DNA of 64,000 bases from Lachnospiraceae bacterium. Its GTDB lineage: Bacteria; Bacillota; Clostridia; Lachnospirales; Lachnospiraceae. The stretch covers positions 42,941-106,940 of the forward strand of contig JAFQIE010000026.1 of assembly GCA_017397645.1 (NCBI GenBank), written 5' to 3'. This document shows, piece by piece, positions 38,087 through 46,038 of the stretch. Each line of letters opens with the position of its first letter. The first letter of the stretch is position 1. The translations under genes were made by a program, and so were the position numbers. The notes beneath the pieces are model-generated. The model saw only the letters and a list, made by a program, of their open reading frames with translations, had not been told where the DNA came from and ran no database searches.

Positions 38087-38946
38087 TCAAATTGCCGTTC
38101 TACGCTCTCTATCATACCAATAACAGCATTATTTAGTTCACATGCTTTTTTTGATGTTATGACAGGTGTTCCCGCTGCAGCTTCTATCGCCATTCGTGCG
38201 TTACCCGCTATGCCACCACCTCGTCTAGCCACGTTCCTACTCTGCTCAAATCCTTCGGGATGAATTTGCCTAGAAATTTCCGTTGTAGCTGTTTCGGCCA
38301 ACATATTAAGCACAATTTCGGTAGTACTCATATTGTCCCTTAAATTTTCCTTTTTTAGCCCCTTAAAATCTTTATACTCTCTCGTGGACATTCCTGACCA
38401 GGCTCGCGTAATCTCGTCCGTTAGAATAGCATACTCTTTTCCCGGCTTAACACCCCTGTCCTGCCATTCATCAGTCAGTTCTTTTCTAACCTGTATCGCC
38501 TGTAATCTTTGATTAATCCATTCGCGGGAGTATCCCTTTTTCAAATATGTATCCAAGGCTCTGTCTATCGTGAGTTCAGGATCTAATGTCTCCTCTATGC
38601 GTTCGCGTCCAACCTGTGCCAACCACATTTTAAGTGGTTCCGCTTTTTTTGAGGGAATAGACTGGATAATGCGGAGAAGTTGCTCTGTGTCAGCAACATC
38701 TGTACTATACCGTTTGCCATCTTTAGGAGACATCATTTTCAGTTGGTAACAATTTGTAACCAACTCATTTCCTTCCTCCTTCAATCTGTTTTTTAACACC
38801 TTCCAATAATTTCTTGCACCATCGTAATCCGTTTGCTCCGTCAGCACTCCCACAACATCCACGACCGAAAAGTACCATTCCTCTTTTTCAGTATCCCAAG
38901 CCGTACGAATCGGCTGCTCCTCAAACAATTGAACTTTGTCACTCAT
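38083..38946 (-). CDS. Bro-N domain protein (phage antirepressor-like)
   Basis: IRTAWD..EEWYFSVVDVV, RNYWKVLKNRL, RIIQSIPSKKAEP, LRDNM. Confidence 0.85.
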   Translation of the reverse strand: MSDKVQLFEEQPIRTAWDTEKEEWYFSVVDVVGVLTEQTDYDGARNYWKVLKNRLKEEGNELVTNCYQLKMMSPKDGKRYSTDVADTEQLLRIIQSIPSKKAEPLKMWLAQVGRERIEETLDPELTIDRALDTYLKKGYSREWINQRLQAIQVRKELTDEWQDRGVKPGKEYAILTDEITRAWSGMSTREYKDFKGLKKENLRDNMSTTEIVLNMLAETATTEISRQIHPEGFEQSRNVARRGGGIAGNARMAIEAAAGTPVITSKKACELNNAVIGMIESVERQFD

Positions 38947-39145
38947 TTGCGCTACCCCTTTCATTCAATTTTTGATCATATAGCAATTGGTATCTTAAAA
39001 GTCTTGGAATATACGAAGGTGGGGTTCTTTTGCCTGCTTCCCAGTCCTCTATCGTTCTAAGTGGGATACTCGTATATTCAGAAAACTCTCTTCTGTTCAT
39101 TTCCGTGCTTTCTCTCATTTGTCTAATCATCTGTGCTAACTCCAC
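38939..39145 (-). CDS. small XRE-family HTH protein
   Basis: MNRREFSEYTSIPLRTIEDWEAGKRTPP; GTG start after AGGAGG; overlaps the Bro-N start. Confidence 0.8.
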   Translation of the reverse strand: MELAQMIRQMRESTEMNRREFSEYTSIPLRTIEDWEAGKRTPPSYIPRLLRYQLLYDQKLNERGSANE

Positions 39146-39218
39146 TTTTTGCACCTCCTGTTTATATAATATCACACTTCAAGGCACAACGCAATGCGTG
39201 GTTTTTGGAAAAATATAT

Positions 39219-39764
39219 TTATTGCTCCATCAATCTTCCCAAGAATCCTGCTGCCGACTGGATCATCTTCATGTCAGCCTCGTTCATCTTCACCTTAGCA
39301 TCATTTTGGAGTAGCACAACACACCCAATGATGTCCCCTTCGCAAAGAATGGGCACCATGGCTTCATACTGATACTCTCCATCCACTTCGTCACAAACAG
39401 CCACAAAGTTCCTATCTCCCTTTGCCGCCATCACACTTTCTCTGTTATGGATTTTTTCATCCAACACCTTACCCACCGGTTTGTCCAACATCTGTTTATA
39501 TCCACCGGCAACAGCGATGAACTTCTCCCGGTCAGCAATCAGTGCCGCATGGCCGGACACCTGTGCCAGGCTCTCCGCATACTGCTTGGCAAATCCGATC
39601 ATTTCTCCAATAGGGGAATATTTTTTTAAAATAATCTGCCCTTCCCTATCGGTATATATTTCTAACGGGTCGCCTTCACGGATGCGCAGAGTGCGGCGGA
39701 TTTCCTTGGGAATCACCACACGGCCCAGGTCATCGATTCTTCTCACAATTCCTGTTGCTTTCAT
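39219..39764 (-). CDS. spoVT: stage V sporulation protein T
   Basis: MKATGIVRRIDDLGRVVIPKEIRRTLRIREGDPLEI AbrB domain plus GAF-like C-terminus ending AAGFLGRLMEQ. Confidence 0.95.
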   Translation of the reverse strand: MKATGIVRRIDDLGRVVIPKEIRRTLRIREGDPLEIYTDREGQIILKKYSPIGEMIGFAKQYAESLAQVSGHAALIADREKFIAVAGGYKQMLDKPVGKVLDEKIHNRESVMAAKGDRNFVAVCDEVDGEYQYEAMVPILCEGDIIGCVVLLQNDAKVKMNEADMKMIQSAAGFLGRLMEQ

Positions 39765-39773
39765 ATATAAATC

Positions 39774-39830
39774 AATCTCCTTGTTTTAGTAATAGTGATA
39801 CTATTATCTGTAAAACAAGGAGATTTATAC
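39774..39830 (-). promoter_or_regulatory. sigG/sigF-type spoVT promoter with a 15-bp inverted repeat covering the RBS
   Basis: GTATA-17 nt-GATAATA on the minus strand; AATCTCCTTGTTTTA (39774-39788) / TAAAACAAGGAGATT (39811-39825). Confidence 0.65.
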
Positions 39831-39840
39831 TTTTATAGAT

Positions 39841-40863
39841 TTATTTTTCAAAAAAGACGGGCTTTCCTGATTTTGCGCTTTCATAGATTGCACAAATCAA
39901 TTTTTGAATTTTGAGCGCCTCTTTGCCGCTTATAAACGGTTCTATACCTTCTTCAACAGAATGGTAAAAATCGGCAATCTGGCGGATGTGCTGGAATCCC
40001 CAATAATCCTTGCCGCCTTCGTAGTAGATGCCGTCGTCCTGCTGAGAAACGGTCTCCACGGTGCCGTCAGCAAATTCGATCCGTGCATCATCGTAGCTCA
40101 TCACCACTCTACCCTTTTCGCAGCAAAGGCGAATCTCAATCGGGTCATCACAGCCATAGTTATTCATTGCCCAGAACGCCATCGTTGCTCCATTTTTATA
40201 GCGGATATAGCCCTCGCCGGTATCGTCCACCTTCATAATATCGTGGGCACGGTTGGCGATGCTTGCCTGAACTTCAATCGGCTCGGAATTGATGAACCAG
40301 TTGGCAAGATCCAGCGAGTGGATTGCCTGATCGATAATAACACCGCCACCCTCTTTATCCCAGGTGCCTTTCCAATCGGAAAGGGAATAATAGGAGTCCG
40401 GCTTACACCAGGTAAGGGTGCAGCGGGCGCTAATGATCTTGCCCAGCTTGCCGCTTTCCAGGTTTTCCTTGACCGACCGGGAAGTGTTATTATAGCGGCA
40501 TTGGAAGATGATGCCGTAACGCAGGTTCTTTTCCTCTGCCAGGCGAACGTTGGCTTCGCCGCTTTCATAATCGATGCTCATCGGCTTTTCGCACAGCACA
40601 TTCACACCGTGTTCCAGCGCATAGCGTGAGATGATAGGGTGCATATAATGGGGAACACAGATATGGACAACGTCCGGTTTCTCTTTTTCGATCAGTTCCT
40701 TGTAATCATAATATGCGGGAACGTTATATTTTTTTGCCGCTGCGTCTACACGGTCGGGCTTAATGTCGCAAACGCCGACAAGCCTAGCGTTTTCAAGATG
40801 GTCCACACTGGTGGCGTGCATTGTGAAGATGGAGCCGCATCCGATAATTCCAACTCTAAGCAT
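39841..40863 (-). CDS. Gfo/Idh/MocA family oxidoreductase
   Basis: GIIGCGSI, NVLCEKP, WKGTWDKEGGGVIIDQAIH. Confidence 0.93.
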   Translation of the reverse strand: MLRVGIIGCGSIFTMHATSVDHLENARLVGVCDIKPDRVDAAAKKYNVPAYYDYKELIEKEKPDVVHICVPHYMHPIISRYALEHGVNVLCEKPMSIDYESGEANVRLAEEKNLRYGIIFQCRYNNTSRSVKENLESGKLGKIISARCTLTWCKPDSYYSLSDWKGTWDKEGGGVIIDQAIHSLDLANWFINSEPIEVQASIANRAHDIMKVDDTGEGYIRYKNGATMAFWAMNNYGCDDPIEIRLCCEKGRVVMSYDDARIEFADGTVETVSQQDDGIYYEGGKDYWGFQHIRQIADFYHSVEEGIEPFISGKEALKIQKLICAIYESAKSGKPVFFEK

Positions 40864-41834
40864 TAGCCCAACTCCCTTTCAAGCAAGAATTTAAGCGAAG
40901 CGGAGCCGTCGGCAAGGGTTGCTTGCTTGATCTCTTCGCCGTTTTTCGCACACTCGGTAAAATAATAAAGCTCGTTATAATATCCGCCAAGATCGGAAAT
41001 GTTTCCGCTTGTGCCGCCCATCGCACTGAGTTCTTTCTTTTCAATCTTGATTTCCTCTACACCGCCGTCAGTATAGAGCATAAATTTGCCACCTGCATTT
41101 TCAACAACAGCCTTTTCAAATACCACACGGAAGGTTGCCTCAAACGGGTGCGATGCAGGCAGACCCCAAGTACCCTCGACGGTGATGGCGCAATCATCAT
41201 ACTGCATCAAGGTATTTACATAGGAATTCTTTTCACTCAAAGTGTTTCTTACAGAGTGAAGCGTCTTAGGTTCACCGAAAAGCGACAACACAAAATCCAC
41301 ATCGTGAATATGCAGATCCTGCGCCGCACCGCCCGAAAGAGAAACATCGTGCAACCAGTTGTTCCAGCCCCAGTCCGGGCTCGGGCTGATGCGGCGGAAG
41401 TTCGCGTTGACGACCTTGCCGTATTTGCCGCTACGAACGATATCACGCAGGGCTACATATTCATCCCAAAAGCGAATAACCTGACCAACCTGAACAAATG
41501 CGCCGGTTTCCATCTGCTTCGCCTTCAGCAACTCGCTTTCGGCGATGGTGAGGGTGACCGGCTTTTCGACAAAGACGTAGCGAACCTTTTCCATAGCGAG
41601 CAGTGCGTATTCGGCGTGAAGATAGGTGGGCAGACAAATGTCGATGATATCCACGTCTGCCTGCTCAATCAACTCTTTACCGTCGCCGAAGATCTCGGCG
41701 CCGTCAGCTAACTGCGCTGCCTTTTCGGGGCGGATATCCGCTACTGCGGCGAGGGTTACACCCTCTAAAGCTTTATAACAATTTGCGTGCATGGTGCCCA
41801 TAAAGCCACAACCGATAAGTCCAACTTTCAACAT
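40863..41834 (-). CDS. Gfo/Idh/MocA family oxidoreductase
   Basis: GLIGCGFMG, VFVEKP, SGGAAQDLHIHD. Confidence 0.93.
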   Translation of the reverse strand: MLKVGLIGCGFMGTMHANCYKALEGVTLAAVADIRPEKAAQLADGAEIFGDGKELIEQADVDIIDICLPTYLHAEYALLAMEKVRYVFVEKPVTLTIAESELLKAKQMETGAFVQVGQVIRFWDEYVALRDIVRSGKYGKVVNANFRRISPSPDWGWNNWLHDVSLSGGAAQDLHIHDVDFVLSLFGEPKTLHSVRNTLSEKNSYVNTLMQYDDCAITVEGTWGLPASHPFEATFRVVFEKAVVENAGGKFMLYTDGGVEEIKIEKKELSAMGGTSGNISDLGGYYNELYYFTECAKNGEEIKQATLADGSASLKFLLERELG

Positions 41835-41836
41835 GT

Positions 41837-42679
41837 TTATTTCCTCCCTAAAATTCGGTCCATTGCATTGGATGTGTTATATATAATCGTTTCAGTATGA
41901 TATTTATAATTGGGGATCATCTCAGCAGTTACCCAACCGTCATAACCGACTCGCTCCAGTTCTGTCATCACAGCAGGGTAATTGACGTCGCCTGCGAGCA
42001 GGTCTACAAATCCGTGCAAACCGCCGGCCTCCACCCGATAGTCTTTAAAATGCACCTTTTTGATCCGGTTGCCCAAGGTGCGGATCCAGTGTTCCGGATA
42101 GCCATTGGCAAGGGTGTTGCCGATATCCAGATAACTTCCCACATAGTCGCTACCGATTTCATCAATGAAATTGCGCATTTCCATCGGAGAAAGCAGGAAT
42201 TTGTTCCATACATTTTCAAGTCCGATGTTCACCTTATATTCCTCGGCGCATTGCTTTACCTTCATTATCGATTCGAAACTGCGATTATAGCAGGTTTCAT
42301 AATCCATCACCTTGCCGGGAGCGGCAAACTCGGCATTCACACAACCGGGAATAACAAGAATAGACTCGCAGCCGAGAGTCGCTGCTGTTTCTAACTGCTT
42401 TTTTACGATATCCTGTGCCTTGGCGCGAATCGTCTCGTCTGCATCGTTCAGGAAATACGACCAATAAAGCCCGCAGGCAACGCTGTAAAGCTCGATGCCA
42501 CTTTCTTTTGCCTGACGCTTGACCTCAAGCAACTCCCTTTCGGTGGACTCGAGCGTAATCTCGCCGGCGCCCTCATCCAGAGCCACCTCTACGCCCTCAA
42601 AGCCGGCGTCGGCGGCAAGGGCAAAGGTTTCGGCCAGTGTTCCTTCGGGGAATGACCAGATGCTGATACCTTTTTTCAT
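41837..42679 (-). CDS. sugar phosphate isomerase/epimerase (xylose-isomerase-like TIM barrel)
   Basis: AGFEGVE, GLENVWNKFLLSP, YLDIGN, VHFKD, GYDGWVTAE. Confidence 0.9.
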   Translation of the reverse strand: MKKGISIWSFPEGTLAETFALAADAGFEGVEVALDEGAGEITLESTERELLEVKRQAKESGIELYSVACGLYWSYFLNDADETIRAKAQDIVKKQLETAATLGCESILVIPGCVNAEFAAPGKVMDYETCYNRSFESIMKVKQCAEEYKVNIGLENVWNKFLLSPMEMRNFIDEIGSDYVGSYLDIGNTLANGYPEHWIRTLGNRIKKVHFKDYRVEAGGLHGFVDLLAGDVNYPAVMTELERVGYDGWVTAEMIPNYKYHTETIIYNTSNAMDRILGRK

Positions 42680-42797
42680 AGAAAAACCTCCTTGCTTTTT
42701 TTTAATTTTCTGTTATCATTGTATTAAACAAGTGCATTTTTGAACAGTTATTTTTGTGCTTTATATGTTCATTATCGTACACGTAGGAGGTGCCACC

Positions 42798-43670
42798 TTG
42801 GAAAAAGGATATATTAAAACGCGACCCAAAACGGTCGTAGATATTACAAAAATTGTTACGATTCATTATTACGAGGTAGGTAAAGACTTCATTTTCGACG
42901 GCGAATGTCATGATTTCTGGGAAATGGTTTATGTTGATAAAGGTAGTGTTGCCATAACGCGTGACGGAGAAGAAATCATTCTCACGCAAGGCGAGATTAT
43001 TTTTCATCGCCCAAATGAGTTTCACACCATTCAATCCTTTGACTCAGCGCCAAACTTTTTTGTTATCTCGTTTGTTTCATCGTCCCTTGCTATGAAATAT
43101 TTCGAACACTTTTATTCCCCGCTTAAAAAGATACACAAATCTCTTTTGACCTCTATCATTAAAGAGGCAGAGGAAAGTTACCTTATTCCGAAAAATGACC
43201 CCAACTTACGCAAACTACGACGACGAAAAGATGCGCCTCTGGGTAGTGAACAACTTATAAAAAGTTATTTAGAGCAACTACTCATCTATCTTCTGCGCTC
43301 GGATAAAAGCACCGAAAGCACCGCCGTTCTTCCACCCTTGGCAGAAGAAAAGCCGCTGGTTTCAGCGCTAAAGGATTATATTTGCTCTCGATGCGAAGAA
43401 AACATAAAGGTTGACGAAATCTGCCGGGCGTTCGGTTATAGCAAAAGTTTTTTAAGCCGACTGTTCCGCGAATACACAGGAAGTAGTCTTGCTGCCTTTG
43501 CAATTGCTCAAAAAATGGAACGCGCAAAAGAACTTTTGCGTGATGATCGCTTTAACATTACACAGATCTCCGCTAAACTTTCTTTTGAAAATCCGCAGTA
43601 TTTTGCTCGTGTTTTCAAGCGCGAATGCGGTATGACGCCGACCGAATGGAAACAACTGGCATGCAAATAG
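42798..43670 (+). CDS. AraC family transcriptional regulator
   Basis: GECHDFWEMVYVDKG cupin; FENPQYFARVFKRECGMTP; TTG start after AGGAGG. Confidence 0.92.
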   Translation: MEKGYIKTRPKTVVDITKIVTIHYYEVGKDFIFDGECHDFWEMVYVDKGSVAITRDGEEIILTQGEIIFHRPNEFHTIQSFDSAPNFFVISFVSSSLAMKYFEHFYSPLKKIHKSLLTSIIKEAEESYLIPKNDPNLRKLRRRKDAPLGSEQLIKSYLEQLLIYLLRSDKSTESTAVLPPLAEEKPLVSALKDYICSRCEENIKVDEICRAFGYSKSFLSRLFREYTGSSLAAFAIAQKMERAKELLRDDRFNITQISAKLSFENPQYFARVFKRECGMTPTEWKQLACK

Positions 43671-43682
43671 GTTTTTGATGAC

Positions 43683-43712
43683 AAAAAGCGAGGTGAAAAT
43701 CACCTCGCTTTT
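43683..43712 (+). terminator. intrinsic terminator
   Basis: AAAAGCGAGGTGA-AAA-TCACCTCGCTTTT. Confidence 0.8.
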
Positions 43713-43752
43713 GCTATGTATAAAAAGCCGTCCAAAACCCGATTTTGACACC

Positions 43753-43831
43753 AATGCGTTCAATGGGGCAAACCAGTGAAAACCCTAGTGCTTATGCGGG
43801 TTTCAAGCGGTTTGCCCTATTATAACGCATT
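43753..43831. repeat. 79-bp imperfect palindrome at the element junction
   Basis: AATGCGTT..GGGCAAACC..GAAAACCC / GGGTTTC..GGTTTGCCC..AACGCATT. Confidence 0.85.
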
Positions 43832-43927
43832 CCTCTATACGGCGTACTATACCTGTTGCTTTCATATATAAATCTCCCTTAAATTCAAATCGTGATACTA
43901 TTATTTGTAATTTGTAGGAATTTATAC
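43803..43927 (-). pseudogene. spoVT: spoVT 5' fragment (copy 2) with its promoter and RBS
   Basis: ATG at 43865 gives MKATGIVRRI then EECVIIGQTA*; upstream 36 bp match the intact spoVT promoter at 27/36 positions. Confidence 0.85.
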
Positions 43928-45284
43928 TGTTTGATATTAAAAACTGTCTAAAAGGATCAATGTTGCATGTGACAACATAATAAAAATCAGGGAACAATAA
44001 CCAATGTTTTAACGTATATTGTTCCCTGAAAGCATCTAATATTCGTTTGATAATAAGAAATCAAGTTGTCACCGACTTCAAGAAGACGGTCATATTCTCT
44101 CTTTTCAGTCTTCTCTGATTTGATTTCCTTGGTTATTTGAATATAAAGTTTATCATTCTGTCTAGTGGCGATAAAATCAATTTCTCCGTTCGGTGTTTTG
44201 CCGATACAAACTTCATAACCTCGGCGAAGCAATTCAAGGTAAACCACATTTTCAAGCATTGCAGCAACACTCTGGTCATTATAACCTAGAACACTATATT
44301 TGAACGAACTATCTGCAAGATAAAACTTCTCTTGTGTTTTAAGCAGTTCCTTGCCTTGCACATCATACCTTGAACAACGGTGCAGTATATAGGCGCTCTC
44401 CAATTTTTCAAGGTAATTATATACCGTCTCGTTGTCTATGGTGCGATGCTCGGACTTGATGTAATCGGAAATAGCCTTTGCTGAGAATGTCTTACCTACA
44501 TTGTCAAAGACAAACTTCAGAACTCGCTCTAACTGGTCAACCTTGCGAATTTGATTTCTCTTAACGACATCTGAGAATATGGTTGAATTATAAATATCAC
44601 GAACAATAGTATAAGCATTGTCCAGCGGATACTCTTGCAAGTGTATTGCGGGAAAACCGCCATACCTGATATAATTTATCAATTCCTTGTGAATGTCTTC
44701 TACCTCGCCATACCGCTTTTTAAATGTGAGATACTCCTCAAATGAAAGAGTGAATATACGGAAGGATACGTAGCGACCTGTTAGATAGGTTGCAATCTCG
44801 GAAGACATCATACGAGAGTTAGAACCGGTAACATATATATCCACATCAAAATCCGTATTGATGGAATTTACGGTTTTCTCCCAAGAAGTTATTTCCTGCA
44901 CTTCATCAAGGAACAAGTAGGTTTTCTCGGTATCTGATAATTTTGATTTAAGCATTTCGTATAACTGCTTTGCTGTCATATCTTCATATTCCATCGAGTC
45001 AAAGCGATAACTTATGATTCTTTCATCTCTAATCCCTCTTTTACGAAGTTCGTCCATTATCATTTGCATAATAGTGGATTTGCCACAACCACGAACATCG
45101 AGAATTTAGTTGGTCAATAGTTTTGCGGTTATAACCCGAAAAACTTTTCATAAATTACTAAAGTTGCGGTTATGATCAGGGTCATTGTAAGCCCTTATAT
45201 CTTTCTACCACACTATCTATGCATGCTTAATCAAAATCTTTGCTGTTATTATTTTCGTTTTAAGGGTATTTATACCGTGAGCCT
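43835..45284 (-). mobile_element. decayed cassette (about 1.45 kb) between spoVT 5' copies 3 and 2
   Basis: Bounded by two MKATGIVRRI-coding segments; contains a doubly truncated AAA-DUF4143 gene. Confidence 0.6.
43987..45105 (-). pseudogene. AAA_14/DUF4143 ATPase truncated at both ends
   Basis: Walker A remnant VRGCGKST directly follows an in-frame TAA with no start; similarity to paralog 14787-15977 stops after GDN (YPK motif missing). Confidence 0.75.
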
Positions 45285-45315
45285 CTATTCTACGGACAAT
45301 TCCTGTTGCTTTCAT
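45217..45315 (-). pseudogene. spoVT: spoVT 5' fragment (copy 3)
   Basis: AAAGGAG RBS, ATGAAAGCAACAGGAATTGTCCGTAGAATAGAG = MKATGIVRRIE, then unrelated sequence to TAG (32 aa). Confidence 0.85.
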
Positions 45316-45484
45316 GTACAAAAACTCCTTTTCATTCTTGCTAAAGTTACTTGAAGTTTAGGGGTATTATACCGCAGCACTATTGTCGGTAAAATATTCA
45401 GAAACATGTTGACCAGCGCGATAGGGACCGCTATAGAAAATGCACACATTTTAGGCATAAGCAACATAGGCATAAATCCAACAC

Positions 45485-45522
45485 AAATCTCCCCGTTTGC
45501 ACAATCACGAACGGGGAGATTT
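45485..45522 (-). terminator. intrinsic terminator
   Basis: AAATCTCCCCGTT...AACGGGGAGATTT. Confidence 0.8.
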
Positions 45523-45556
45523 TGGGTTACACTCCTATAAGGATTTCTCTGCTATT

Positions 45557-45910
45557 TTATTTGAACGGATTGATGTAATCAAACACATCCAAGTACTGAC
45601 CAAAGAACTCTCTAAAACTGCCGAACTCTCCGTCAGACTGGATATTGATGTAATCCGTCAGCGGTCCGCTGATTAAAGCGCCGATAGCCACCAAAATAGC
45701 CGTAAATATGTAGCCTAAGACAATCCAAATCAATGCTGCAATAGCAAAATTTTTGATATTCTGGTTCTTAGCTACAAAAATCATAACGATACTTGTAATC
45801 AAGCCAACAATAGGAATAGAGAATAATACAATCAATCCGATATATATACCTACCCCAACCGGCTTTCCTGCATTGTTGATCATAGGTTCTTGCACTTCAT
45901 GTTTTTCCAT
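45557..45910 (-). CDS. hypothetical membrane protein (2 TM)
   Basis: AAGGAGG RBS; IPIVGLI..I and N-x-KNFA-x-A pattern of small Firmicute membrane proteins. Confidence 0.75.
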   Translation of the reverse strand: MEKHEVQEPMINNAGKPVGVGIYIGLIVLFSIPIVGLITSIVMIFVAKNQNIKNFAIAALIWIVLGYIFTAILVAIGALISGPLTDYINIQSDGEFGSFREFFGQYLDVFDYINPFK

Positions 45911-46038
45911 AATTTAGCCCTCCTTGGTTCATTGGTGTAAACCGTTTTTCTAAAACAAAAACCCTTTACACTATATGTATAGTATAAGGGGTTTTTCTAT
46001 GTAAAACATCCATCTTAATCTCGAAAAAAAGTATGGTA

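Larger units (their letters stand above)
39733..43834 (-). mobile_element. integrase-less cargo cassette (about 4.1 kb) integrated in the spoVT 5' end
   Basis: Bounded by truncated spoVT start (43865) and the regenerated intact spoVT start (39764); 79-bp palindrome at the distal junction; carries AraC, isomerase and two Gfo genes. Confidence 0.7.

Noticed and set aside
38083-39145. Prophage
   Set aside because: Only Bro-N and XRE genes; no integrase, terminase, capsid or tail genes
43753-43831. Canonical integron attC site
   Set aside because: Core-site polarity is not RYYYAAC...GTTRRRY, it occurs once, and no IntI gene is present
43803-43997. 64-aa ORF from the track as a real protein
   Set aside because: Only the last 20 codons (ATG 43865, with RBS) are meaningful as a spoVT fragment; the upstream part reads through promoter DNA
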